Origin: Lama glama
Lineage: Eukaryota
Reading direction: 5' to 3'
Length of the DNA stretch: 64,000 nt
Assembly: GCA_028534125.1 (NCBI GenBank)
Contig: CM052850.1
Location: 26,288,001-26,352,000, forward strand
Shown here: positions 51,420 to 64,000 of the stretch, in pieces
How the letters are laid out: each line of letters begins with the position of its first letter
Position numbering within the stretch: the first letter of the stretch is position 1
Made by a program: the position numbers and the translations under genes
Notes under the pieces: model-generated
What the model was told of the DNA's origin: nothing
Databases searched by the model: none
The model's input: only the letters and a program-made list of their open reading frames with translations

Positions 51420-54400
51420 TGAATGAAATCAGTGTCTTCTCACTTCACGCAGTTGGTCGTGGCCTGTCCTGCTCTTCACGTGGGGTTGGGGCTGATGTGG
51501 TAACGCTTTGTTCAGCTTTTTGCGTCTATGATCATGCGGGAGTTTGGTCTATAGCTTCCTATTCTTAAACGTCTTTTCTGAATTGTGTGTCTAGGTAAGG
51601 CTGGCATCGAAATTAGTTGAGAAATGTTTCCTCTTCCTCTATTTTCTGCAAGAGACTGTATATAATTGGTGGCATGTAGTTTATAGAATTTCCAGTAAAG
51701 CCATCAGAGCCTCGAGCTTTCCTTTTTGGAAGGTTTTAGCTATTAATCCCATGTCTTTAATAGCTATAGGACCATCCAGGTCACCTGGCGCGTTTGGGAC
51801 GAGTTTCAGTAGATTGTGTTTTTGAGGAATTGAAGGGTTTGTGTGTATCGTTTTCCATAATGTTTCCTTATTCTTTTAACGTCCACATAGTCTGAAGCGA
51901 TATCCTTCCCACGCCTCATACTGATCATTTGTCTTCTATTTTTTCCTTTGCTATTCTTGCTGAAAGTTTGTCCATTTTATTGAACTTTTTTTTAAGAACT
52001 TTTGAATTCATTGAATATAAAAATTCTCTGTTGCTTTTCTCTTTTCACTTTAATTGGTTTCCATTTTTATTTTTGTTGCTTTTCTTTTGCTTGCTCTTGA
52101 CTTATTTTTCACTTTCTTTAGTTTCTTAACATCAAACTTTAGGTTATTGATTTGAGACATTCCCTCTCGTGTAACACATGCATTTAGTGACGTGAACGTC
52201 CCTCTAAACGTTGCTCTAGCTCTGCCCCTAAATGTTTGACATGTTGTATTTTAATTTTCATTCAATTCAAAATGTTTTCTGATTTTTCCTAAGCCTTTTG
52301 GACTCATGGACTATTCAGAAGTGTGTTCTTTATTTTCAGGTATTTGGAAATTTTTCCGCTATTGATTTCTAGTTTAACGTTTAACCACAGAAGAGTGTGT
52401 TCTGTGGTTCTGTGCATGTCCGTCCGGTGAAGGTAGCTGGAGCGCAGGTCTCCCCAGTCTGTGGTTCCCTGACGACTGGTTCTGTTACCAAGTGAGCGGG
52501 TTGAACTCTCCAGCTGGAACTGTCAGTTTCTGCCGCAGGTTTTTGTGTCACACACTTTGAAAGCCTGTTGCTTGGTGAAGGCACGTTTATAATTGCTGTG
52601 TCTTGGTGAGCTGACTGCTGTCATCCTGCGACGCTGCTGGTGATGCTCCGCTGCTGAGTTCATTTTGTTCGACGTTAGTGCAGCCGCTTCGCTTTGCCTG
52701 ATGGATGTTTGCACGGTGTACCTTGCTCCAGCCTTTTGTTTCTGACCTGCTGTGTCACTGTATTTGACGTGCGTCTCCTACAGACAGCGTATGGTTGGAC
52801 CACGCATGGTTTTTAATCCAGTCTGTCTTCTAATTGGCCTGTGTAGACCGCATGCATTTCATGTGGTTTTTGACACATTTGAATTTAAGCCTCGCGTGCG
52901 CTGCTTGCTTACTGTCTGGTCCCGCAGTTTCTCATCGCTTGGCTTCCCTTTGGGGCCATTTTCTTAGTATTCTATTTAAATTTATCTGTTGTTTTTGAAT
53001 GTCAGTCTTTGTTAGTCTTTAGTAGTAGTTCTAGGAACTATAACATACATACTTCACTTTTCAAAACCTACTTGGATTCAACATTGTGACACTTCCAGAA
53101 CAACATAGAACTCCTACCACCGTCAAAGAAAAAATGATTCATCACACGTTAAAGACGGTGAGGCCAACGTCACTCAGGACTGTCACGATGCGTGTGGCAG
53201 CCACTGCAGTGGGTCTGCAGGAGGGGGAGCGACGGGGCTCAGCTCCCAGCACGGTGCCCGCAAGTGGGGATGCACAGCCAAGGGGCGTGTGGGGTCAGTA
53301 GATGGGCAGTTACTAAGAGGAGACATCAGGGGTGGGGGTTTCTGGCTAAACTGGCCTAACAGGATCTTTGCTGAACGCTGGCCGGGGTGATCAGACATCA
53401 CCTGGGAGATGCTGGGGTGGGGGCGGCGAGGAACACAGTCAGATATGAGGGTGATCAGATGTCACGGTGGGGGCTTAGCAGAGTTCTTGCTGAAACTGGG
53501 TTTTATAGGAAGTGCACCGATGGGCCAGGAGAAGGCTCAGGCCCTGACTGCAGCCTGGTTGAGCAGGGAGTCTTGTCGCCGCATGGGTCGCTCCGCCCCC
53601 GCCCTTTACGTGGTGGCTGCCACACCTTCGTGCGTGGCTGGCTCCGTTACCGTGGGGGGTGCATTTCGTTCCCCTGGCAGCCCCAGTCCCGCTGCCCCCC
53701 CTTCACTCCTGCCTTCCTGGTCGGCTCTGGTGTTGTTGCCCTCCTGGCTGAAGAACATTCTGTCGTGCTCTTTTAGATCAGACCTGCTGACAGCGGATTC
53801 TGCTAGTTTTTCATCCCCTGAGAACGTTCTTACTTCCCCTTCATTCCTGAAGGTTGTTTTCGCTGGATTTGGAATTCTGGGCTGACACTTACTTCAGCCC
53901 TTACGAGATGTCACCGCGCTTGTCTCCGGCCTCCGCTGTTTCTGCGAGAAGTCAGCAGCCGCCTGCTTCCTCCGTTCCCACCCTCGTCTGGCTGCTCTCA
54001 AGGGTGTTCTTCGTGACTTCCCGTTTTCGGTGATTGGTTTGGGGTGTGTCGGGCTTGTCCTGTTTGGGGTCCACTGAGCTTCCTGAAGCTTATGTCTGTG
54101 TTTCACCAGACTTGGAGAGTGTCAGGCCAGACTCTGTCAAGCGTCTTCCTGCCCCCTGCTTCTCCTCTGCTGGGAGTCCGGAGCGGGCGCGTGAGCCCCG
54201 GCGGCGCTGACCTGGGCTCCGCGACGCTGCTCCTCCCCGTGCGCTTCTTCGTTCAGACTGGGTGGTGCCTGTGGGCCCACCCTCCAGTCCTCAGGCTCTC
54301 TGTGCTCTCCGCTTCGCACTGAGCCCGTCGGCAGGTCTCCCTTGCGCCGGCTGCCGTGTCTCTCAGTTCTGACGTTTCCACCTGGTTCTGCTTTGTGCCT

Positions 54401-54750
54401 TTTCTTTCTCTCCTGCGACTTGACTCCCACCCTCCTCCGGCGCCGCCCCTGCGTGTCAGGCACAGCGACCGCGCGGACTGTGACGTCTCTAGGCGCTCGC
54501 GCCCCAAGCGTCCGCCGGCGTCGTGCTCGGGGGCCTTTCCCACAAGAGCCGTTGTTTTCTTGGCTTTTCATGTGCTGAGTAATTTCGTGTTGCGTCCTGG
54601 ACGTTTTGATGTTGTGCTGGGACACTCAGAGTCGTCTTCACATCCAGTTGAGAGTGTTGTTTTTGGGTTTTTTACCGTTTTTGTTTTACTCTTATCCACT
54701 TGGTTTGAGTCTGCGAGTCCCGAACTGCCATCCTTGGGGCCGGTTCCCAC
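51420..54750 (-). mobile_element. Antisense L1 (ORF2 toward the 5' region) interrupted by MER31
   Basis: T-rich antisense L1 motifs: tttcctcttcctctattttctg, ccagtaaagccatc, ggttattgatttgagac, cctctaaacgttgctctagct, ttcattcctgaagg...gaattctgggctgaca. Confidence 0.8.
53121..53578 (-). mobile_element. MER31-like ERV1 LTR
   Basis: tggctaaactggcctaacaggatctttgctgaa, gagggtgatcagat and ttcttgctgaaactgggttttataggaagtgcac match the recalled MER31. Flanks ccac/ccgc. Confidence 0.75.
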
Positions 54751-55571
54751 GTCACTTGGTTTTCCAGCCTTTGCCCTGCAGATGTGCCCCCATGCGGCCA
54801 GGCTGACCATGGGGCAGATGAAGGACAATGGTGGGGAAACTGGTGAAATTCAAATAGTCTGTGATTCAGTTGAAAAAACAGTCGCCTCCTCCAAGCAGGC
54901 TGCCTGCAGGAGCCCCTGGGCCCGGAGGTGCAGCCCAGCCCTGGGGAACGCTCCCTCTGTGGGACCTGGGCTGCTCTTCGAACCAAGCAGAGCTGCTGCG
55001 GGTGGTTCTCCTCGCCCTGGGGAAATTCAGCTCTTTCCAGGCCTCAGACGAGCAACTCAGACGGTTTCACAGCCCATTTCAAAGGGCCTCTGACTCCTCC
55101 TGAAAGGGGGCGAGTCTTCCCCCAGAGAAGTTCACTCCAAGGGGAGCGAAGCAGAACGGGAGAGCTCCTGGGTCCCTGGTTCACAGTGTCCTTGCTAGCT
55201 CAGAACAAGGATGGGCGTGAGGCCCTGGTGTCTGGTGGCCGCCTCGCTGGCCCCTTCCTGGCGTCACAGAGGCCCTGACTCAGGTTCTTGTAAGACCCGG
55301 CCTCCTCCCTGCCCCAGCTGTGGCCACAGAGGGAACACCGAGCGTCCCCGCCTGCCAGGACCCTGTGGATCCCTAGGGGCCGGGCAAGCGCAGCAGGTGC
55401 TGACGCGTGACATCCACCGAGGTCCCTGCGCTTTCCTGGCGTTCCTGTCATCGTCCCCACAAGAGCCTCCAGCAGCGTGTGCTCCCCCGAGGGGTGGGGC
55501 GCCTGGAAGGCTGGGCGGCCCAGCCCTGAGAGGGACTGGCCTCTGACGCTCATTTCCTGCCTGCATCACAG

Positions 55572-55698
55572 GTGACCCCCGGCTTCGAGGAGGTGGAGGG
55601 GGAGCTCCTCGTCAGGGGGCCCTCCGTGTTCCATGGGTACTGGGATAAACCCGAAGAGACGAAAAACGCCTTCACCTCAGGCGGCTGGTTCAAAACAG
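55572..55698 (+). CDS. ACSF3: ACSF3 coding exon 6
   Basis: catcacag|GTG; encodes [42 protein letters not shown](G); donor CAG|gtagga; 127 nt. Confidence 0.96.
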
Positions 55699-58600
55699 GT
55701 AGGAGGGAGGGGCCCAGAGGGGTAGGGGACAGGGCTGGACTCAGCCACCAGGAACCACTGGACCAGGATGCCCTGAAGCCCCGTCGAGGGCTGAGGCAGG
55801 GGGAGGGGGGACTGCACCCCCACAGCACCCCCCCCGGAAGGAAGCTCCTGAGCCCACGGCCCTGCACCTGGTGGTCCCGCTGCCCCTTGCGGGTCAGGAC
55901 CCCACCACTGAGTGACCTCTGCACTCTGCATCCGAGACCCTCCTCCCTCCCACCCCCACCTCGCCTGCTTGGTAACCCCTCCCCTGCTCAGGTTAAAGCC
56001 GTTTTGACAGAAGGTGGTTTACTTTCGGCTTGGTTTGGGCGTCTGCTGTTTGCATGCTGTCTGCCAGAGCAGGGAGTGTGGCGGAGCCTGGGTGGTGCAT
56101 GGGCAGGCGGCGGTCCTCCACGTCAGGGCCCTCTCCCCGGCCCTGCGCCCAGAGCCCGCAGGTCCCTGCAGCCTGGTCTGGGTGTGGACAGAACAGCGGC
56201 TGCTGGCCCCGCTCGTGTTCACGGCTGCACGGACGCTGGGGTGTGCTCGTCCAGGACACACCGGAGCAGCAGCTCCCGACACCTACGAGGTGCAGTTCTG
56301 GGCACTTTGTCCTGTCCTTGTCACCCGGTGCCGAACATGCACGATTTCCTAAGAGTCTCAGAGCAGTATTTTCCAGAAGGAAAGACTGTTCACACGTCAT
56401 CACGTGCCAGCCTTTTAATAGAAACGCACCTTCATGCAGGTTCTTCTGTGGGTGGCAGAGCTGAGGGGAAAGGTGGGGTGCAGGTGGGGCAGCCATGAGG
56501 GATGCCCTGCACACCTGAGGGGGGCGCCCTTTCCCTGAGGCCCCCACAGACCCCATGGCAGGAGCTGCTCACACGGACACTCCCAGGAGCTCCGGGAGGT
56601 GCGGGCCTCCAATCTGCTGCCGTCGTGGGCCTGAGGTCACTGAGGGGCAGAGACCCCCACAGTCTCGGTGCTTTGGGGCCCCCTTCTGCCCTCCCCCAGA
56701 GAAGAGGCCGTGCCCGGGAGCCCAGGCCCCCGTCCGTGGCAGCATATCTGGCTTCCCTTTGTAGACACCGAATTCTTACAAGCCAGCCTCCATCACTACC
56801 CTCCCGGCGCGTATGTGAGAAATGCTGCTTCTGGGCGACTTGTGCTTCTCATGGTCCCTCCTGTCGCCTCTGGCTGCCCTGATTTGGAAATCTGACTTTC
56901 TTTGTGGCATCTTCTTTTCTTTTTACATTCAGATAAAAACTGCGGATAGTTTTTTCTTTAAAAGCACCGGCAGCACAGGCCTGTGGTTCTGCCACTGGCG
57001 GGGCTCCCTGAGCCCTGAGCCGGCGTGAGGCGTGGGGCGGTCAGCCCCGGGCCTGCTGAACGGTTCAGCTGAAGGAGTAGCATGCATTAATTATTGTAAA
57101 GAAATGTGTTTATGAGAAAATGATTTTGAAATTCAGTTTAATTTCATTGTAATGTGCAGCAAACAGGAAGGGAGTATATGTGTTTAATTGGCTCTTGGGG
57201 ATGAGGCCGGGAAGCCAGCGCCTTTGTCACAGGCCATTAGCGATACAGGCTGTGTAACTATGGAGCCTGCAGCCAGCACGCAGGTGCCAGCTCTGCTCTG
57301 GCGCAGGCTGGGGGGTGGTTGAGGGGGGGTGGGCAGCAGGGTATTAAATAGAAATCAGGATGAATTCAACTTAACCCTTCCCTAGCCAGCCCTCCTGCTG
57401 CTCAGGTTCTAGCCCCAGGAGGGCCGCGTCCAGCCAGCTTCTCCTCAGTGGCCTCCCGCGTGTGGACGGGAGGAGAGAGGCCGCCCCTCCTGCTCTGGCC
57501 ACGACCACCCTCCTGCCTGCAAGAAGCCTGGGGCCCAACAGCAGGGGGCTCACTGCTAGGCCCAGGTGTCTCGGCTGCTGCTCAGGGAGGGAGTCAGAGC
57601 TCTCCCTCCAGAAAGGCCCCTGACAGCGACACAGACCACGTTCCCCTGAGCACCACTGGGCCCAGGCCTGGAGAGAGTCTGTTCAACACACACACGGGCC
57701 CCCGAGCCTGCCTGGGGCCGGGAGCGATGTCAGGACCCGGCTCCTCAGGGCTGAACACTGACCCTGCAGTCAGTGCTGAGGACACGGGATGGATGCGGGG
57801 ACACGGATGCAGCTTCTGTTGCCTTCTTGGTGCTTTAAAGCAGCTGGGAACTGGACCCGAGGAAACAGAACCAGCATCTCTGACTCACTCTGAAGAACTC
57901 ATCACATGGTTGAATGTTAAAAGCGACGTGGTGTAAAACCATTCCTACCTAATGACAAACGAGGGCGTTGGTAGAAGGCGTTGAAAAGCACCGACAGAAA
58001 ACCCACCAGCACAGTAACGGGGGCGTCTCGGTGCTGAGTTTCCTCTTTTTCTCCCACAACAAGCACGTAATATTACCAGAAAAAAACATGAAAGGCTATT
58101 TAAGGTAAAGAAAAAAAGTGCAGCAGAGCAGCGGGAGGCACCGAGGGCCTGGCGCGCACGTGGAGGGCGTCCCCGAGCCAGGCTGCGGGGCGCGGGGTCC
58201 CGAGGAGCTGGCTGGTGTGCACGCAGTGGCGTTGACCGTGAGCCCGTCAACCCCCCGGGAGGAAAGCTGGCCACAGCCACAGCCGATCGCAGGAGGTCAG
58301 TCTGCCATGGAAATACGGAAGGTGTGTCACTTCCTGGTCAAGAAAGAGACAGATGCAGGGACAAAGCCTGCTTTTCACCAAATTGGCGAAAACTGTCAAG
58401 TAGCAGGCGCTCAGTGCTGCGAGGCGGGCACTTTGCACCAACAGGCAGGCCTGTGTGTTAGGAGGGCCCCGAGCCCGTCCAAAGGAGACAGCCCGTGGTG
58501 GAGGCTTGCGGTATTTACAGAATGAGAAGATGGAACCAGGGCCCCTGGCAGGTAGCAGCCAGTGGGAGCAAGGTCGGGAGGCCCTTGGAGGGACCTGAGG

Positions 58601-59680
58601 GCCAGGGCAGCCTCGCCTGGGCGATGGGCGGCCAAGACACCTGGTCCGGTGCATTTAAGGGGCCCGTGGTCGACGGTCGGGAAATTGTCAGAGGCCAAAC
58701 AGCCGTCCAGTGTGGCCGGAGCCAGGGCAGCACAGCAGAGATGGGAGGGAGGCCACCGTGGGCCTCGTGGAACTGAGGACAGACCGCATCCAGACCCCAT
58801 GGCCCACCTGACCCTCCACGCCATGTCCTTTCCCACCGGCCGGCCTCCTGCCCAGTCAGGCTGTCTAGGGACCACAGCAGCTTCCCGCTCCTCCCCTTCC
58901 TCCGCTTCCTGCGGGGCAGGATGGCTCGCCACACCTGCAGCCCTGAGCTCGGGCCGGCCTCCCGCTGCACCATGAGCAGGCACAGCCATCCGTCTTGTTT
59001 AACAGACTGGGGCCCCGCGCGCGGCGGGTCGCAGGAGTGCAAGGTGATGGGCAGCACCTCCTGCGCTGGGCATCGTGATGCATCACAAAACGTTTGTGAT
59101 TTATTCCAGCTGCTAACTCGCGTGAAGCGAGGGGTGTGTTAAGAGCAGGCGGTGAAGCGCCACGCAGCCCTCACACACACGCTCCCATGTCCATGCACAT
59201 GGGGCTCATGCGTGTGTGCACACTCCCACGCTCAGCCAGGGAAGGGAGGTGCCGAGGCATCGCCCTGAGCCTGGACACAAGGATCCCTTCCTTTGGTCAG
59301 ACTCCCTGCGAGACACTGCGTGTGACATGGAGCCCCATCAGGAGAGGGGCCACAGCGACACCGCATCCCACCAGGGCTCTGCCGTGGCCAGGCCAGGGAG
59401 GGATAGCGAGAGGCCCCAGTTCTCTCATGTCTCCTACTCCACTGTCCTGAGAAAGGGCAGGAGGGGCACCGGCTGTTCCCCTGGGATGCTGCCGCCCGCG
59501 TGGGGACCCAGCCACAAGGCTCCTGGGTTGGCCTCTCAGAGGTCCTAGCCGCTGCTGTGGCCTGCCGCCTTGTTGCAGAGCGGCGCTGACGCCCTCGACG
59601 CCCAGGGCTCACGTGTGCACACCTGACCGGCTCAGAGCCACAGCCAGGGCCAGGCGCCTCCTGACAGAGCCTCTCCCCAG

Positions 59681-59815
59681 GTGACACGGCCGTGTTCAAG
59701 GACGGCAGCTACTGGATCCGTGGCCGCACGTCCGTGGACATCATCAAGACCGGCGGCTACAAGGTCAGCGCCCTGGAGGTGGAGCGGCTCCTGCTGGGCC
59801 ATCCCAGCATCGCGG
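59681..59815 (+). CDS. ACSF3: ACSF3 coding exon 7 (TGD motif and hinge)
   Basis: ctctccccag|GT; encodes [44 protein letters not shown]; donor CGG|gtgtgt; 135 nt. This frame is not listed in the ORF track. Confidence 0.95.
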
Positions 59816-60058
59816 GTGTGTGGCGTCTGGGAACTGGGGCCTCCTCATGGACGAGTCCAGGTTGACTGGGTGTCCGGGGCGGGACTGGTGGAGGGGGCCG
59901 TCCTGGACTCCTCAGGGACGCTGCACCCCATTTCTGGCCACTGGGCGGGCTCTCCCAGGGGCCACGGGTCCCGGGCATCTCCCCCACATTCCCGGCCTTG
60001 CTGCACCTGCACTGGTCGCCTCGACTGCTTCTCAGGAGCCCCTTCCTTGTTCCTCCAG

Positions 60059-60170
60059 ACGTGGCTGTGATCGGAGTTCCAGATGTGACGTGGGGCCAGC
60101 GGGTCACTGCAGTGGTGACCCTTCGGGAGGGGCACTCGCTGTCCCACAGAGAGCTCAAAGAGTGGGCCAG
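60059..60170 (+). CDS. ACSF3: ACSF3 coding exon 8
   Basis: ttcctccag|AC; encodes (D)[36 protein letters not shown](R); donor CAG|gtaagg; 112 nt. Confidence 0.96.
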
Positions 60171-63100
60171 GTAAGGGCCCGGCAGGTGGGCTGGCGGGGT
60201 CTCGGGGGTGGGGGCCTGAGGGGCAGGTGACGTGGTTCTTACACAAGGAGCTCTCCCCGACACACACCACACGCTCACTCACGAAGGGCCCAGGGAGCTG
60301 TGTGGTCACAGCAGCGACAGACACAGGAATCAGGCCCGTCGCCGGCGGGCCACAGAGACTCGGAGAGAAACAGGGCCCCCGACCCCCCGGCCGCAGGGCT
60401 TTGAGTTCGACGGCCACTTCTCCATGGACGGGGTCCCTCCGTCAGCGAGTGCTTCCTCTCCTGGGTGCGGGAGGAACCTCTTCAGGGAAGATCCGCATTC
60501 CTGGAGCTGAGATCAGGGCGGCCCCGTGTGCCCCAGGGCACCGGGTGATCGAGGTGGGGAGCCTCCATGCTCATCCATCTCTGGGCCAGAACCACGGCCT
60601 TCAGGTGCTGTCCACCCGGGCCCCCGGCCAGAGCCCTCCTTTGCCGTCCCGCACCACACCCCCATCCTCACCATGCTTTTGGTGGCTTGTCTTCACCTCA
60701 CCCTGACACTTCCCTGAGAACTGCCCTGGCCCTGCCACAGCCCACGGTGCTGGTGGCCAGTCCCGGGGGAGCCCGGAGCCCTGTCCTTGTCAAGGGCCAG
60801 GCGGGCCAGGAGGCGGGTCTGAGGGAAGCGCGGGGCTCTGTCCCTCTGGCTCAGAAAGACACTGTAATGTCCTAGATTCTTTACTTTAGACCCAGGAGGT
60901 CCCCCTCCCTGCCCCTCTCCCCCGCCAGCTCCTCCTCCCCCTCGGTGTGAACACATTTTGGGCTCCTACAGCATGATTTGAGAATGGCAGGAGCCCTTGT
61001 TTACCAGGGCAGACAGCTAGGCAATGCAATTCCCCTGAATTCGTAGAATCACAGTCAGAATGTTGCGGCTGCACAGAGGCGGGAAGGTTCCAGTCGGCTT
61101 GGCCGCTGTGATCAGACGCTGCTTTGATAAAAGGCGGAACGCTCAGTCCTGTGCGCAAGCAGGCCCGTTAACCCTCCCACCCCTCTTGTGGTGCCTGCAC
61201 GCCTGCTCCTCCGCTCCATGGTCTACCCAGCATGGGCTCTGCGTGGGCTCTTCGTGGCGGCTGTGGGCCCGAAAGACCAGGCTGGGCCAGCGCTGGGTGT
61301 GGGGTCGTGGGGCTCTGGGGAGAAGGTCCTGGGCCGGCGGCCAGTCGGCAGTCTCCACGTGGCTGTGCCCCGGCCTTGTGCCCTCACACAGGAGGCCCTG
61401 GGCAGTGACCCCGAGGCCGCCCAGCTCGTGGAGGGAGGGGCGGGGTCTCCCTTTCCAAGGGCGGCTGTGTCCCGAGTGTGGGAAACGGGGAGGGTCTCTC
61501 AGTGAAGCCCTTGTTTCTGTGTCTCCATCACTGCCATTTGGGGGTCTCTTAAAATAAGCTTTTCCCTTTCACGGTCCGTCTGACCCCCTGGTTAAAGAGC
61601 TGTGGCCCCCGCCGTGTGCTACGCTCCCAGTGAGGGTCGAAGGGAAGCCAGCAGCACCCCCAGCCCAGGCAGCAGGACACTTGGGGGGAGTGAGCGTGGC
61701 CTTGGGCTGGGTAGCGACACCAGTTTCCCGGGGGCTGGGACGTGGACCATCCACCAGACCGTCAAGTGAAATGCCCCCGTGGGGCCCACACGCCATCTGC
61801 GGGACTCGGGAACCTGGTGTCCAGATCCCGTCGGGCCGCCTCCCTTCCCGGGGAGGTGAGCCCTGGGAGCGATGCGTCTGTGTGCCGCAGTCTCCCACAG
61901 GGAGACTCGCTTCCTAGCAAACAGCCCAGCTCTGCTGGGCTCCCGGCCAGGATCTCACTTTGTCTCAAAGCTGCGCAGGGAGCCTGGAAGGAGGCCAGCT
62001 GCTGAGCTCCCTCCTGGGAGAGCGGGTTCGCTGTTGTCACGAGCGGCTGGAGACCCGGGCCCTGCAGGCTGCTCCCCGTGCCTGCAGCTCCGGGTTCTTT
62101 CTCAGGGTGAGGGGGCGCAGGGCTGACCCAGGGTCTGCGCTGTGCTCCGTGTGCCTGCGGGGCCCCAGGCCTGCCCCGCCCCCGCCACCTGTGCGCCCTG
62201 GTCGCTCGGGTTTACTTTTCAGCTGTTGACCCCGCACTGCGTTCCTAATAGTTCGCTCAAGCAGCTGTCTCAGAGGGGACTAACGAGGAAGGTGTTGCTC
62301 ACCCCGTCCCTGGGGCCCCTCCTGCCGTGCTGGGCGCTGGCTGGGGGTCCTTCTGCCGCAGACCCCGTGGGTGGAGTGGGGCTGCTGGGCGCTCCCAGCT
62401 CCTTTGTCGGAAAATCTTCAGTTTCACCTTCATTCCTCGAACAGTCTTGCTCTGGAGATGGAATTTCAGGTTTTCTTTCAGTTCACGGCTCCACTGCTGC
62501 CTCCATGTTCCTCAGGAGCCTGCGTCCCAGTGGCTGCAGGCAGCCCGCCTCTGCCTCCTCCCTGCACTGAGACTGGGGCGCAGGGGCCGTGGTGGCTGCA
62601 TTCCAGGAGCGGGTTAGGTGTCAGGCCTCAGGGCTTCCCTGGCCGCAATGCTTGGGCCACTTGGCCAGTCCTGGGGGCTCGTTCCAGCAAAGTCCCCCCT
62701 AGCCCCACGAGTGCCCTGTCCTGGTGGGCGGCTGCCAGGCTCACAGACGGCAACCTCTCCCCCACGACCCACCGCGGGGCCTTGCCATGACCTTTGGCCT
62801 GGAGCGGGCTGTTGCCACCAAGGCAGCGAGGTTCTCGCGGACTGTGGGCAGGTGGACCTAGCGCTCCGAGGCCGTGAGCCTTGTTTATTCACAGGCTCAG
62901 AGGTGGGGCTCCTCTGCCGTCCCACACGGCTCCTGGTACAACACGTCCTGAGCAGGGAGGCAGCCCCACGCCTGCTGGCCCTGGGTGGCCGTCACGATGC
63001 CCCGCCGTCCCGAGTGTCTGCTGTTTCCTTACAAAAGGGCCTGAGGACGTGTGCCGCTGTCGAGCAAGGAGAAGGCAGCTCTTCTCAGGAGAGGCTGACC

Positions 63101-63506
63101 CATGTCCAAACCCAGGAGTGTTTTCCAGAGTGGCCTGGGGCTGGGGCCCACCGGGTGGCCGCTCAGAAGGAAGCACCGTCTGCCAGTGCCCCTTGGGGGA
63201 GTACAGGTTGCAGACCTGCACTTGGACCCTGACAGGCCCCTCCCCCTGCCTGGGCACCAGGCTCTGGTGTGGGAGGGGTGGTACCCAGGGGTCTGCGAGG
63301 TGCCCCCCTGGCCAGGGCAGCAGGGTGGGACTGGTTCATTCCAGCTGAGGGGGTGCTGGGGCGGAGTCTCGGGGGGCTGGCAGGAGAGGGGCGGCCGGGC
63401 CTGGGGTGCACCATGGCGTCCCCGGGTCGGAGGCTGGTCCCCCATCCCGCTGGGGAGGTGCCCTGCGCCCGCGGCCCCTGCACTCAGGTCCTGCTGGTCT
63501 CTGCAG

Positions 63507-63642
63507 AGGTGTCCTGGCCCCGTACGCAGTTCCCTCGGAGCTCTTGCTGGTGGAGGAGATCCCGCGGAACCAGATGGGGAAGGTCAACAAGAGGGACCTC
63601 GTCCAGCAGCTGTACCCGCAGGACCGGGGCGCCCCCGCCTGA
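63507..63642 (+). CDS. ACSF3: ACSF3 coding exon 9 (terminal exon, catalytic Lys in PRNQMGK)
   Basis: ctctgcag|A; encodes [44 protein letters not shown]; TGA at 63640-63642. Confidence 0.96.
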
Positions 63643-63749
63643 CCAGAGTGCAGTCACTGTTCCCTCTGCCCAGCCTCTCCCATCTGCACACCTCCACGTG
63701 CTCAGCACTCCTGAGGTTTCCTCCTGGGAAGCTGGTCTCCCAGAAACTC

Positions 63750-63755
63750 AGTAAA
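63750..63755 (+). terminator. Candidate variant polyadenylation signal AGTAAA
   Basis: The only PAS-like hexamer seen between the stop codon and the window end, about 110 nt after TGA. Confidence 0.4.
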
Positions 63756-64000
63756 GCTCCACAGAGAAGCAAACGTCCCTCCTGTGCCCCCGCCCGGGGC
63801 CCATGTGGTCCACACGCACGGCACACGGAGGCCACTGTCTGCACCTGCGTGCGCGGCATGCAGGCTGGGGGTCTTTCCGGGTGGGCCTGGGGGGCAGGCA
63901 TGGGTGTCCAGGCAGGGGTGTCCCCTCCACAGGAGCCGCAGGCGGTGGGGCGTCCGGCACTAGGCCTTCAGGGCCGGGGACGCAGCTCAGGCGACCAGAG

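Noticed and set aside
55699-56498. Long ORF continuing after coding exon 6
   Set aside because: Intronic read-through past a canonical donor; homology stops at WFKTG.

Overview
GC-rich mammalian genomic DNA. It is probably camelid/cetartiodactyl, judged from a lineage-type L1 3' end and ERV1 LTRs; I saw no Alu, B1, Bov-tA or PRE SINEs. The window holds one complete protein-coding gene, ACSF3 (mitochondrial malonyl/methylmalonyl-CoA synthetase), on the + strand. It has a CpG-island promoter near 29.9-30.6 kb and nine coding exons, join(35921..36586,37774..37929,43741..43895,45229..45374,50949..51061,55572..55698,59681..59815,60059..60170,63507..63642). These total 1746 nt (581 aa + stop), and all introns are GT-AG and in phase. 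The first ~29 kb is intergenic (by human synteny the CBFA2T3-ACSF3 interval, which is inference). It carries a nested L1 stack, a 135-N assembly gap, MIR and DNA-transposon relics and short tandem duplications. The introns contain antisense L1s, MaLR and MER31 LTRs, an LTR nested inside another LTR, and minisatellites. Nearly all ORFs in the six-frame track are GC-driven noise. I found no novel gene system. The most interesting signals are extreme AT-to-GC conversion of old repeats, a solo LTR abutting the ACSF3 promoter, a CCAAT/octamer-rich nested LTR, and several strong regulatory motifs. Repeat family names and human orthologue comparisons come from recalled sequences and need RepeatMasker/Dfam/alignment confirmation.
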